NCBI GenBank assembly: GCA_051942205.1
Contig: JAVECO010000042.1
Span: 1 to 64,000, forward strand
DNA from: Coniocarpon cinnabarinum
Taxonomy: Eukaryota
Length of the DNA stretch: 64,000 nucleotides
Reading direction: 5' to 3'
Notes under the pieces: generated by a model
Told to the model about the DNA's origin: nothing
Seen by the model: only the letters and a program-made list of their open reading frames with translations
Databases searched by the model: none
Made by a program: the position numbers and the translations under genes
Shown here: positions 25,247 to 37,032 of the stretch, piece after piece
Numbering within the stretch: position 1 is the stretch's first letter
How the letters are laid out: each line of letters starts with the position of its first letter

Positions 25247-26735
25247 ATGTCTACACCCAATCACGATGCAAGCATTATTGCCGTGCATACAGTCTTTCTA
25301 TCTCTCACCACCGGTTTCGTTGCGATGAGGCTTTTCACGAGAGTGTTTGTAATGCACTCGCCTCAATGGGACGACCGTAAGCTATGTCGCGATTATTCCG
25401 TCTGAATGGACTCTGACGGCTAATGGTCACAGTATTCTGCCTTATGTCATACGTAAGGTGTGCGCTGTTTAAATGCTTCTAGCACAAGCTGAGACCTTGA
25501 GTCCAGTTGATGACCGTTGTGTTTTCCGGTCTATTTCTAGGTAGTAAGTGAAAGTCTTCTCAGACAAGACTGAACAACACGGTTCCATCACAAGAGTGCA
25601 CTGACCCCTTCAGGCTTGCAATACGGATTCGGCCGTCACATCCTGGAAATCGCGCCTTCAAGACTTATCTATGCATTGAAGGTACTAGTTGAGACGTTTG
25701 CGACGAACGTGTCGAATCGAGCCGCTGACTTGTTCTTCAATGCAGTTGCTTTATGTTTCGGAGACGCTCTTCGTGCCACTGTCCCTGTTCATCAAACTGA
25801 CACTGCTTGTGTTCTACCACAAGGTCTTCTATCCCAAGCGGGCAATACGGTGGCTCAGTCGAGCGGGCATTTTGATCATCACTGGCTTTCATGTCTCCAT
25901 CTTCTGGGCGAGCGTCTTCCTCTGTATACCTGTCCAAAAAGCATACGACTTTACAAGATCGGGTCATTGCCTTCCAAAAGCGGGGACGCCCTATGCTAGC
26001 GGTATCTTCAATGTGGTGAGCGATATTTTCATCCTTGTGTTGCCGATGCCAGCTGTGTGGTCTCTACACATGAGCTTTGCCCGCAAGTTAAAACTGACGT
26101 CGGTCTTTGGCGCCGGAATCTTGTAAGTATCAACTGTTTGGAGCTTGACGATTTCAAATTGAGAGTCTTGCGTAGTGCTTGTGCTGCAAGCCTTGTCAGG
26201 TTCATTCAGTCAGCGGAGAAGATAAATTCGATGGATGTTACATGGGACTATGCGCTTCTGAGCCTTTTTGGGTAAGTTTGATGAAGCCGTAGTGCGAAAT
26301 TGATCGAAGATGATTTTGACGACATCCATCAGGCTCTTTGAAGTCGATGTCGGCATCATGTGCGCTTGTGCCACCGCACTGCCGGCATTCTTTGACGATT
26401 TCCTTAAGCAATATACAACGCCTGTCTACGAAGCTACGTTGAAGTATATGTCATCTTTTTCGAAATCGACAAAGAGCCTTCGTGGCCCGTTGTCGGAAAG
26501 CAGCCGGAACCTGACGCATGGTACGCCTGCTGGGACGACAGTGCTTGTGTCAGAACATTCTGGACCACCACGTCAAGAATCTCACTCGAATAAGCATCCG
26601 TATGAGCCTTACCCCAACGAAGACAACGTTGGTCTGAAGGATGGACTTCCAGACAATTGTATCAGGCGACAAATTGATCTCGAGCAGACCTTCGAGATGG
26701 CTCCAATGCCAGTCAGAGGAGGGCATGCGGCTTGA
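25247..26735 (+). CDS. PTH11/SAT4-like fungal rhodopsin-domain integral membrane protein (multi-exon)
   Basis: MSTPNHDASII...VAMRLFTR...WDD, YGFGRH, FLCIPV, NVVSDIFILVLPMPAVWSLHM, EVDVGIMCAC. Confidence 0.88.
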
Positions 26736-26976
26736 CTGCAATGAAGGTTCGTTTTGGGTGCTCTGCAAGAATGAGTTTGCTGGTCAGGTAGGCTCAAAGG
26801 ATATGGTGTGCGACCGTTTGCGCGGAGGATCTATTGAAGTGCAATGAGCAAACTTCTGTTACGTGGACGTTTCGTTGTAAATTTGCAAAGTCTGAAAAGA
26901 TGATTGCTTCGCACACATGTCTTTTCCGCTTCGACGGATCGAAGTAACATTACTCAGCAGAGATCTCTTGAGGAGA

Positions 26977-27888
26977 TTACTTCCTCATACAGGAGCGGGA
27001 GTAAGTGACAGTCAATGCGATACCAATTCCAGCTGCGCCACCGTAGACGAGGCCGGTATTCAGCACTGACCAAACGCCTCGTTTGACGAGGAGTCCAATC
27101 TTTTCTTGGAACCATGCCGCCTCATTTAGCCTCGGGAACGCTTCGTCTGGTATTGGCTTTCCCAACAGCCGGCAGAGCGGCTCCCAACCTTGATCAAGAC
27201 GGTAGTCCAGGAAACGTTCGCGTGGTGCTATATGTCTCACTAGGGCGTTGTGGTCGGTGTACAACGATCGGGCCTTTGCACGCATCTCTGCTGCACTGTG
27301 ACATCCAAGTGCTCCCTTCATCCATTTGTCCATGGTCACGCGGATTGGATTCAAAGTCCAGCGGTCCATGCGGCTAACGATACGCGTGAAAGGATTCCAA
27401 CAATTGCTGATGACGTTTTGGTCGAAGGACTTGTACCACGATTCAACGTCGCGCTCCACAAGGATCACCTTTGCCTCCGGATATGCTTCCAGCAGCTCCT
27501 GAACAAACGAGCATGCAGGTATTTCAGAAACGGCATGAAAGTCGTGCAAGAGCTGATCGAACTCGTGTCGACCATAAGGTGTTCCTTTGTTCCAATATTT
27601 TGCATCGTAAGCCTCTTGCCACATCTCGGAGTCACCCAAGTTAGAAGAAACCCAAAGGGTGCTGTGGTAGCAGCGCAGACCCAAAATACCTAAAGCAGCT
27701 TGCATCGCTGTGAAATCCAAGGTTAGTGAGCCTCGGGATTTGATAGTGCCAGCCAACTTACTTGCTGTACCTGTTCGCGGGTAACCAAAAACGAGGACCT
27801 CCATGGGCACGCTGCGTTGTTTTCCCCGGGGTGAAGTTCTGTTGACAGTGTCAAAGAGCTCGGGGTGTCTCTGCTGTACTGTTGCCAT
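26977..27888 (-). CDS. Sulfotransferase-like P-loop protein (Sulfotransfer_4-type) with C-terminal TM helix
   Basis: VLVFGYPRTGTASMQAALGILG..CYH (5'-PSB-like loop), ELLEAYPEAKVILVERDVESWYKSF (3'-PB-like), GWEPLCRLLGKPIPDEAFPRLNE; one in-frame intron at about 27761-27708. Confidence 0.82.
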   Translation of the reverse strand: MATVQQRHPELFDTVNRTSPRGKQRSVPMEVLVFGYPRTGTASKLAGTIKSRGSLTLDFTAMQAALGILGLRCYHSTLWVSSNLGDSEMWQEAYDAKYWNKGTPYGRHEFDQLLHDFHAVSEIPACSFVQELLEAYPEAKVILVERDVESWYKSFDQNVISNCWNPFTRIVSRMDRWTLNPIRVTMDKWMKGALGCHSAAEMRAKARSLYTDHNALVRHIAPRERFLDYRLDQGWEPLCRLLGKPIPDEAFPRLNEAAWFQEKIGLLVKRGVWSVLNTGLVYGGAAGIGIALTVTYSRSCMRK

Positions 27889-28804
27889 GAATGCTAACTT
27901 GCGACGATGGACGATAATGCGTTTCTGATCCCGCTGTGCAGGAAATCGACCAGAGATGATGATTGTCTGAGGCTCTGCAGTATGGCAGGGTACAAACTTC
28001 GCCAAGCTTCAGTTGTCGCCTCGTTGCCTTGCAGCCCATAGTTGACGGGTGTACCGGTACTCAAACCAACGCACTTTGCATTCAAAGACCGACAAGCGAC
28101 GCCTTGCATGTGCAGGGAGAAGGCGCACATGTCACATCGATTCCTGCTTCGTGGCGTATGTGATAACCGAAGGCGGTCGACCAGCTGACGACATTGAAGC
28201 GCGCCGCATTGCCTCGTCTCCACGACCTCGCCATATTTGTCTCATGCTGCAGCCTCACCCGCGTGAAGCTGCACTGCGGCGGCGCAAACTTCGATAAGCA
28301 GAGAACCAGCGAGTCCGATCGTACGATGGATATCCCGGCTTCTGCAGCGGCATCGCGCCCGCTGTCGTCACGAATTGCAAGCACAGTGCAAGTGAACTTC
28401 GCCGCCCGCAGCCTTGCATGCCGCTGCTGGCCTGGACTGCCTCGTTGACGAGGAATTGAAAGAAATAAAAAACGTTACCAACCACGCTGATTGAGGTCAC
28501 TGGACCGGGACGCTAGGCTGGAAGGTCCGTGCCGCGTGATGGCGGGTATCACCCGCACGTGACCCGCCCCGTAGAGCGCTTGAATCGACAGGGTGGCATC
28601 AACAAAGATTCATTCAATTCCTCTGGTCAAGGGAATTGTTTGTAGCTATCTCCAAGCATCGTCGGAGGCTATACCAGGACGTGTCTTCTATTGTTCGATC
28701 ATCTAGACGCAGAACGGGGGGGGAGCCAAACTCCATGCGACTGACCTTCTCGGTCCCTGAAAGTCCACGCTCATGGCAGCTTTCTGTACATCCTGCGTGG
28801 CCGC

Positions 28805-29944
28805 CTAGGCGTGATAGCGGGGACAGATCATGCTCCATGCGGCATTGCCGCTCAGTGAGTACTGTAAAGCCTCCAAGTATCTGCGTAAATCAGAAGATAG
28901 CCCGGGCTTTTCACAACTTTCGGCGACGTTCCGCTGGTATTGTGACACCATTTCCTCAACTATCTCTTTGCATACTGCTTTGGCTTCCTCCGCTGACACT
29001 TTGCACTGTTTCATGATAATGGCAGTAGCGTTGATGATGTTGGACGATCCAAATTTTGCTGACGCTGCAAGCTCTTTGTCCCACGAAAAGATGTCGTTAG
29101 TGAGGCCAAGCACTGCATATGCAGGCTTAGTGAGCTTTTTGCACAGATCTAGTTCATTTTCAGGAAGCCTGAGTCCCATTCCAAACGTGACTAGGCCAAA
29201 CCAAAACCTGGTTGAAATGTTAGGAGGGCTGTTTGACCGGTGTCTTCAGGCTACTTGCATTTCTCCCGCATCTAGAATTCTATACGGGATATATTCCTCA
29301 AGAGTCTCAAATTTGACATCATGTTGACGGCCAGCAGCCTTTTGCAAGAACTCTCGCCAAACTTTGATGGTGGTGCGTGCTGCATCTGCATCGATTCTCA
29401 TCATATCCTTTATCAATATTGTTTGTATGTCTTTCAGGCCTTGAAAGCGAAAACCAGCACCATCGGTCCTTTCGCTGTCTTGGAAATTTGCCTGCATGAA
29501 GTTGTTTGCCTGGTACAGCTACAGAATCGTGAGCACGTTCATGTCAGTATACAAAGTCGAAAAAATGACCTCTGTCTTGTTGAAACCTTCCGTCATGTCT
29601 GGTATACATTAATATTTGGTCCTCAACTTTTGGAGACGAGCTTGCCTACCGTCATACAAGAATGCAACTTCATTGGCGTACGATATTACTTCAAGGCGCT
29701 CGGGTATGCATTCTGGAACACAGACTTGCATAAAACCAAACTCGTCTGCCAAGCCTCCTTTGTAATTTTCAATGGGGTGGACCAGGCGATGCCAATCTGC
29801 CTGAGCTCGCAATGCACCGGTGCGCTCTGCCAAGGTGCTGCTGTGCTTGCAAAGGGGGATATTCCGACTGAAGGCAGTCAAATCATATGGAAAGGAGCTC
29901 ACGAGAGCAGAGTAATTGTATTCCATCCTGCTTGATGGCGCCAT
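28805..29944 (-). CDS. Class I terpene cyclase, fusicoccadiene/sesterterpene-synthase cyclase-domain type, stand-alone (4 exons)
   Basis: YKGGL...VPECIPERLEVISYANEVAFLYD|DMTE (DDxxE), YRILDAG, NDIFSWDKE (NSE/DTE motif) and WSMICPRY (WxxxxxRY). Stops after RYHA with no prenyltransferase domain. Confidence 0.92.
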
Positions 29945-30695
29945 TGGAAGACCTCAGACGCGTCCCTTCTATACACGTAAAAATTCTGCATTTCAATTTG
30001 AAGCATTTTGAGTACGAGGACCTTGAGTTTCCTGGCTCCACGCCGCATTACACTGAGGCTGACCTGACCATTTTCTGACACGAATGTTTGCCTCTGGCAG
30101 AACATCGCAGCAATCTGATTCGATCTAGATTGGGGCGGTTTGCCTCAAGGCAGATGCGTGACCGCTATTAGGTAGTACAACTGGCTACGTATAATGTTTT
30201 TGACTTTTCGTTAAAGAGGACGACGTTCAGCATTAAGCGTGCCTGCGTGCAGATAGGCCTTGTTCGCTAATTTAGCTGAAACAGGAAGGTTTCAGCCATG
30301 GCGCATTGCGGCAGCCTTACCTCCCAAAAGCTGCGCTGTTCAATGCAGGCATGCAGCGACGTTGGCTTCGCGGTCTCGGCGGAAGCTGACATTGCATTAG
30401 CAGCATGCATTGTCTGGGCCGTCTCCGAAGATCAGCGCGCCGCATTTCAGCTAAGGCAGCGATGCTGCACTGTCGACAAGGGCAATTCAAATCTCCTGAC
30501 CGAAGATCGCCGTCAACTTCTCTTGCCAGCTATTCCGCGTTTGCCATCAAAAAGCAGCCTCACTTGGCTGCTGTAACCTTTTGGTTTACTTTAGGATTTT
30601 GAAATGGTATTCGGATGACATGCAGTGCTGCTTGTCTACCTGCAACGTAGTTCTGAGCCTCCAGCAGAAAACGTGGTCTTGAAAGCTGTGCAAAT

Positions 30696-32756
30696 ATGAA
30701 CGAAGCCTTTCGAACCTCAATCCATATATATTTGAACCTTCCACTGTTCATTTGTGGTTCCGTCATTCTTTGTAATGCCTTGCTGTTTCTCTATCGCCTA
30801 TTATTATCTCCATTGGCTCAATTCCCCGGCCCCAAAATTGCAGCCGCCACCGGTTGGTACGAGTTCTATTATGACTTCTTTTGTGATGGAGTCTATGTTT
30901 ATGAAATAGAGAAGATGCACAATAAATATGGTGAGTTACTATTCTTGAGCTGTGCTGTTGAAGCATGTCAGCAGTCTGCGAAGGTCTAAACATAAACATT
31001 TTTTATAGGTCCGATCGTGAGGGTGAATCCACACGAGCTTTCAATTAGAGACGCGAGCTTTTATGATCAGCTCTATGTCTCAGCACACATCAGAAGAGTT
31101 GACAATTATCAGCCGTTTGCAGATGGTATTGATTTCAATGGTCCGTTAAAGTCGATGAGATGTTTCTTAAAATAGTTCCATGCTATCTGACCCAAACCCT
31201 GTAGGCTCGCATTTTCTGACTGTCTCTCACGACCTCCATCGTCGTCGGAGAAAGGTCTTGGAGCCATTCTTCTCAGTGCAAGGTGTGCGCCATCTGGAGA
31301 CGACGATTTTGCACCTGGTACAAAAGCTTGAGCACAAGCTCAAAGAGACAAAAGGATCCGGCCAAGTTGTCAACCTTGACCATGCCTTTTCTGCCTTCAG
31401 TGGCAATGTTATGCAAAAAGTATGCTGCGAAGACGCATATGAGCTTCTTGATCAGCCGTACTTCGCGCCACACTGGTAAGTTAGTTTCCCGAGGTCAATC
31501 ATGGCTCATCTGATACCATGATACCAGGTATGACCTTCTTCACACCATAATAAAATCAATGCCTCTGCTCACGGCGTTTCCGTTTATTGTACAGTAAGCC
31601 GACAAGATCCTCCGACGGGCAGGATAGCTGGAGAATACTAACGTCCAACGCGGTAAAGTTTCGTGGCCAGAGTGCCTCCCAAATTCCTCGCTTGGCTTTA
31701 TCCAAGTGGTCAAGAGTTCAACCGATTGAAAGAGGTTTGTTGCCATCGAAGCTCCTGGTCTATACCCAGACTTACGATTGCAGATCGCCAAAAGTCATAT
31801 ATTGGCTGTGAAGAAAGATAGAAAAGAGGGGTCGAACGACAGTGGATCCTCTGAAAGACGAGTCACATTGTTTCGTCATGTCGTAAACAGCAATCTTGAT
31901 CCTTCAGACCTGTGCGAAGAGAGACTGAGCAAGGAGGCTCAGGTGCTGCTCGCTGCTGGGACAGCAAGCACAGCACGGACGTTGCAGTTCATTTGCTACT
32001 ATGTTTTATCCCGAGCAGATGTACGAAGACACCTCACGGCCGAGCTTTCCGAGTTGTTCAGGCACTACCCGCATCAACCCCCTACAAAGGCTCAGCTCGA
32101 AAAACTGCCCTACCTGAACGCTGTCGTAAAAGAGGGGCTGCGGTAAGTGCAACTGTAGACCTGCGCAAAGAACATGATTGCAGACGGCATATGGAGAGCC
32201 AGGCGATCGGACTGATTGAATCACAGTGCTAGCTACGGTGTCATGCATCGCCTCCCACACTGTGCACCTGACGTACAAATCCGTTATAAGGAGTGGTCAA
32301 TCCCGGCGAATGTACGTCGCTGCCCAGGAATGATAACTTTGAGTCGTGTATCAACTGATAAGTTGCCTCAGACTCCCGTCGGCATGTCAGCATATTACAT
32401 GCACACTGATGCCAGCATCTACCCCGCTCCCTTTGAATTCAAACCAGACCGCTGGTTGGGCGCCTACGATCCACGTATGGATAAGTATTTGGTACCATTC
32501 AGTCGAGGATCTCGAAGATGCTTGGGAATGAAGTACGTCTATCCGTTGAGTGAAATGGAAAGTCAGCCTGCCGCTGATCTGTCATGCTAGTCTTGCAAGC
32601 ACTGAGTTATACATCGCGACCGCGGTCTTGTTCAGACCTCAAGGATTATTGCTGGAGCTACATGATACGCATGAAAGCGATATCACATTGGTTCGCGACT
32701 TCTTACTTCCTTTGCCTAAGGCTACCTCATCAGGCCTCAGAGTGAAGGTCATGTAG
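30696..32756 (+). CDS. Cytochrome P450 (trichodiene-oxygenase/CYP58-like clan), about 9 exons
   Basis: PLAQFPGPKIAAATGWYEFYYD, AAGTASTARTL (I-helix), KEGLR, FKPDRW and FSRGSRRCLG heme motif. Confidence 0.93.
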
Positions 32757-33225
32757 TGAAGAAGCGCATATCAAAGCACGAGGGTGTTCTGTAGCAGTCT
32801 AAGCCATAGCCTGAAGGTAACATGTAGCTCAATGAGATGTACTTTGGACCTGCTTTTCTCTTGCATGTGAGCATCATTCAGCTGCTCCAGGCAATTTCTC
32901 TCAGAACTAAGAACGAGCCTTGTTTGCAGCGAAGGCACAAGTAACAGGGCGTCGCCCAGGAGGCATCTATCGATCGAGAGTGCTGGACTCGATGCGACGC
33001 TATGATACCGCCAATGGCAGCGGTAGATATTAGCGTACTCTTGCCTGCAAAGGCGTATGCAGGGGATTGGGCGCCGCAGTTGCCTGATGCCTAAAGTTAG
33101 TAGTGAATCATTCAGCCTGTCTCATTTAGGACAGCAAGGCATACTCAGATTTGTGGGGCCTCTGCTATTAATACCAGCCGGGACTGCTCTTCAATGAAGA
33201 TCGAGCTCCTCAGACTCGGAACACC

Positions 33226-34942
33226 ATGTATCACCTTTGCAACACTGCGTTCGAGCACTCTGTGTACCTTGGCTTCGCTGCTCTCTCTACTGTAAGCCTG
33301 TTGGTTTCCGTTGAACGCTATGCAAGGTAATATATGCTGATTACTAATTGCTGGGGGTATCAGGTCATTCTTTATTTCCTCACACATTATGGTTATAACG
33401 TATACTTTCATCCGTTGGCTAGGTTTCCCGGACCAAAACCATGGGCTATGTCCCGAGTGCCCCACGAGCTTGCATACGTCCGCGGGCGGATTGTGACAGA
33501 GCTCTCAGAGCTCCATAGGAAGTACGGTGATGTTGTTCGCGTGTCGCCTAATGGACTGTCATTCATACATCCGGACGCTTGGGCAGACATCTATGCGCGG
33601 AAAGCTGGGCAGGACCCGTGGATCAAGGATCCGCTCCGGTATACAAAGGACTTGTGGATAAACGGCGAGCCTGAGGTATGGACCGCTGATCCTGAGAGGC
33701 ATCCTCGCCTTCGTCATCTTCTGTCGCCTATCTTCTCCGAGAAGGCAGTTCGGTCACAGGAGCCTTTAATTCAATCCCACTTGGACCTGCTTATTGCCAG
33801 TTTGAAACAAAATGCAAGGTCCAAGTCCCGGGGGAAAGTTGATCTATCGTCATGGATGAATTGGACATTATTCGACATCATCAGTGACCTTGCTTTTGGT
33901 GAGTCATTCGGTTGCGCCAAAAGTCAAAAATATCATCCTCTCGTCGCCCTCGTGTCTCAATCTGCGAAAGTGGTGTCATTCTTAGGAGCCATCAAGCAGT
34001 TCCCGTGGCTCGATACTGTGTTCCAAGTCCTCATCGGTTCAAAAATGACCAAGATCTTGAGAGACCATCAGAACGTAGCTATCGACATGGTGGATAGAAG
34101 AATGTCCAAAGTCACTAACCGAGGCGACTTCATGGACGTCATGCTCAAAAGTCGCGACGAAGAAGGGATCACAACGGGAGAGATTTATTCGAATGCGAAC
34201 CTACTCATGATGGCTGGATCTGAGACAACCGCTCAAGCACTTTCTGGGTGTTTCTACCACATTACGAAATATCCATCAGTCGCTAGAGCATTGACAAGTG
34301 AGATACGTCGCAGCGTCGCACATGAGAGCGAGCTCAATTTCGACGTTGTTGCGGGTCTGCCACTCCTGACGGCCACTCTGCAAGAAAGCATGCGAATGTA
34401 TCCAGGCCAGCCGATATTCAATCCCCGCATCTCACCTGCTGGAGGTGCCAGCGTAGCAGGGTATGCGGTGCCAGAAGGTGTAAGTTACAAATGTTCCACA
34501 TTTTTTCCGGACCGGACTAGACCACTCACGTAGTAATGGACAGACAAGCGTCGGGATTTACCAGACAGTTGCCTATCATTCCAGCAGGAATTTTCGGCAT
34601 CCTAAGCTCTTTGACCCACGACGATGGATGGGTGATACAATGTACGCCAGTGATCGACGAGACGTGTACAAACCCTTTCTTATTGGACCCAGAAACTGCA
34701 TGGGTATCAAGTATGTCTTGTGACTCTATCCGCCAAATTATCCTGACAAGATTGATATTGACGCTTTTTACAGCCTGGCTTATGCAGAAATGCGTCTGAT
34801 ACTTGCTCGAGTGCTCTGGAACTTTGACCTGACCCTGTGTGAAGAGAGTGCGACATGGCACGAACAGAAGGTGTACTGGAACTGGGACAGACCGCCACTC
34901 ATGGTAGCATTGGCTAATCCACAAGAAGGGCGGGCACGCTAA
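33226..34942 (+). CDS. Cytochrome P450 (CYP65/Tri11-like), 4 exons
   Basis: HPLARFPGPK, FDIISDLAFGESFG, AGSETTA, QESMR, PFLIGPRNCMG, LAYAEMRLILARVLWNFD. Confidence 0.93.
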
Positions 34943-35422
34943 CATGCAGCGTCGTGGCGCTGTGGCAATGCTTTATTTCCGTTTGCAAGCTCAATAGGCG
35001 CCATAGCTGGCTGGTATAAAAACCAGCTTCGCGCTCTTATCGTAACATGCTTAACTTTATAGTCATACGCGCTGTTTTGGATATTTTATGTGACTAATCA
35101 TGCTCGCCGCGCGACTGCTCACCTACTACTTCTGATCTGCCCAGCGTTCTCAATGCAGCGGAAGATAGTCGCTAGTCATGAGAAGCAGCTACCATCAGCA
35201 TTGAAAGTAAAGCCTTTGCCCTTGATGATTGATATCATGAAAAAATCGCATAGAAAAGTCTACCAATGATTACCGTTGATCACAGTCGTTCACGGGATGA
35301 TTGTAGAAAACAATCGGAGATTAATCGGAGATCGAGCGGAAATTAATCGGAAATGGGACATCTGCTACGGAAGGCGACACGACGAGGAAGACGATGACGA
35401 GGTAGCGGTAGCAAAAGCAGCA

Positions 35423-35559
35423 GATGCATGAAGACCAGAAAAGACGCAAGAGGATGGAGAAAATGCGAGAGGACGGGAAAGAGGCACAAGGACGGGAAAG
35501 ATGCAAAAGGGCTAGGAAAAATGCAAGAGGACGAGAAAAGATGCAAGAGGACGAGAGGG
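35423..35559 (+). repeat. Degenerate purine-rich ~20-bp tandem repeat (GATGCAAGAGGACGAGAAAA) x about 7
   Basis: Units start near 35423, 35443, 35463, 35483, 35500, 35520 and 35540. Confidence 0.7.
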
Positions 35560-36084
35560 GAGCAGGAGCACTGGAATCATGCACAAGGACGCTGGAAGGC
35601 AACATTCGAAGATGGATTGACCCTGGATTCCTCTGTTGACCCGCGAGAGTGTCCTAGTGAGATATTCCTAGGAGCACGCTCCTCACGGTGTTCGCACATT
35701 CCGTTGAACGGTCACACGGCCTGGCAGACGTATGGCATCAGGCCCACCGCTGAAAAATGCTTTGCTCTTTTGGCGCGACGAAGGATGATGATGCATTGGT
35801 ACCCAACATTAATATTGGTGAAGGCACAAATTGATACATATCATGTGTCGCTATTCAGCTCCATTCCCTCCAACGTGCATATCAGACAGTGGCAAGCAGA
35901 TATTTCTCGACGTCTATTTCCATTGCTTACAAGGAATTCATAGGCACCGAGCTCAGGCGAAGGTATTTCGTCAACACTGTAAGAAGCTCATCCGAGTGGA
36001 AGCGTTCTTCGTGACGAGGTGCAAAGACTGAACCGAATTGTGGTGATCTGCGGTCAGATGGCGACTGCATACTCGCTCGTGTTC

Positions 36085-37032
36085 TCAGAAAGTCCCAAAC
36101 TGCGGCTTCGTCATCAAGTATTCAGTCAGCAAGCCTCCCAGCCAGACAAAACCGGTAATCATACTGCCATTGGCAAACCACCACTGGCAGCTTGCGGGGT
36201 CTGCAAGATTAACGCGGTATATTTCCCACGCCAGTGTTATGCCGACACAAGTTACGCAACTGACGTAGTACCAGTTGCTAGCGGAGATGGTGCCTCCAAT
36301 TCGCGTTAGTATGAGCAATTGAAGGAAGGAGACTGAAGCAAGGAAGTATTTTGCATGCCCGCGAAGTAGAAGCGTAAGGCTCTTGACCCCGACTTTGAAG
36401 TCATCGGCGTAGTCCTGATAGCTGTAAATGGTTTCGTATGAGATCGTCCAGGTTGCATGTGCTGCGTAGAGAAGAAGAACCGAATAGTCCAATGAGCTCG
36501 AAACCCTTTGCGACGTCTGGTTGAAATGCAATGGATCCAGATCCATAGCGCATGCGCCCATCAGAGCACCCCAGCCCATGGGAAACCCGAGGAAAACTTG
36601 TGGATAATTTGACACCCTCTTCATGGAAGGATAGATGATCCAGCCAATGATCGACGGCAGAGAGTAGAAAGTGCATAAACGAGGTAGCCATCTCAACGTT
36701 AATGCGGCTGCTGCAGCCTCGAGGGCCATGAGGAACAGGGCGGGTGGTATTCTAACGGCGCCGCGTGCCAGAGGGCGATTGCGTGTCCTGGCAACCTGTC
36801 GATCGAAGTCGACATCAAGAACATCGTTCCATATGCATGTCGCTCCTCTCAGCCAGAAGGTTCCCACCAGCAGGACCAAGTTTGTCTCGAAAACTTTCCG
36901 AGGTGAGCTTTCGGTGAGTATGGCTGCTTGTATTGATCCCGTCACGTGTGGAAGCCAGAAATATATGAAACCTTTCGGGCGGTCAAGCCGCATGAGCTGC
37001 AAAAAGGGCACAGCTTGTGACAACAAAGACAT
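36085..37032 (-). CDS. UbiA-family (COQ2/4-hydroxybenzoate-type) aromatic prenyltransferase, intronless
   Basis: LMRLDRPKG, WNDVLDVDFDRQVARTRNRPLARG (NDxxDxxxD), YPSMKRVSNYPQVFLG, YETIYSYQDYADDFKVGVKS; several TM helices and no mitochondrial presequence. Confidence 0.93.
   Translation of the reverse strand: MSLLSQAVPFLQLMRLDRPKGFIYFWLPHVTGSIQAAILTESSPRKVFETNLVLLVGTFWLRGATCIWNDVLDVDFDRQVARTRNRPLARGAVRIPPALFLMALEAAAAALTLRWLPRLCTFYSLPSIIGWIIYPSMKRVSNYPQVFLGFPMGWGALMGACAMDLDPLHFNQTSQRVSSSLDYSVLLLYAAHATWTISYETIYSYQDYADDFKVGVKSLTLLLRGHAKYFLASVSFLQLLILTRIGGTISASNWYYVSCVTCVGITLAWEIYRVNLADPASCQWWFANGSMITGFVWLGGLLTEYLMTKPQFGTF

Noticed and set aside
28520..28580. GC-rich hairpin GCGGGT-ATC-ACCCGC with adjacent CACGTGAC as a tRNA or ncRNA
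   Set aside because: No cloverleaf or A/B boxes; too short to call, at most a transcription-factor site.
28614..28790. LRLDDRTIEDTSWYSLRR downstream of the terpene cyclase, reminiscent of a GGPPS LDDIEDxSxLRRG motif (relic PT domain)
   Set aside because: Different frame, needs two insertions, and no other PT motifs follow; probably chance.
36085..37032. UbiA as the housekeeping COQ2 or as a UbiA-type terpene cyclase
   Set aside because: No mitochondrial presequence and it sits in a cluster, so COQ2 is unlikely. Motifs (RLDRP, RPLARG, YxxIYxxQD) match aromatic prenyltransferases rather than cyclases, though this is not proven.
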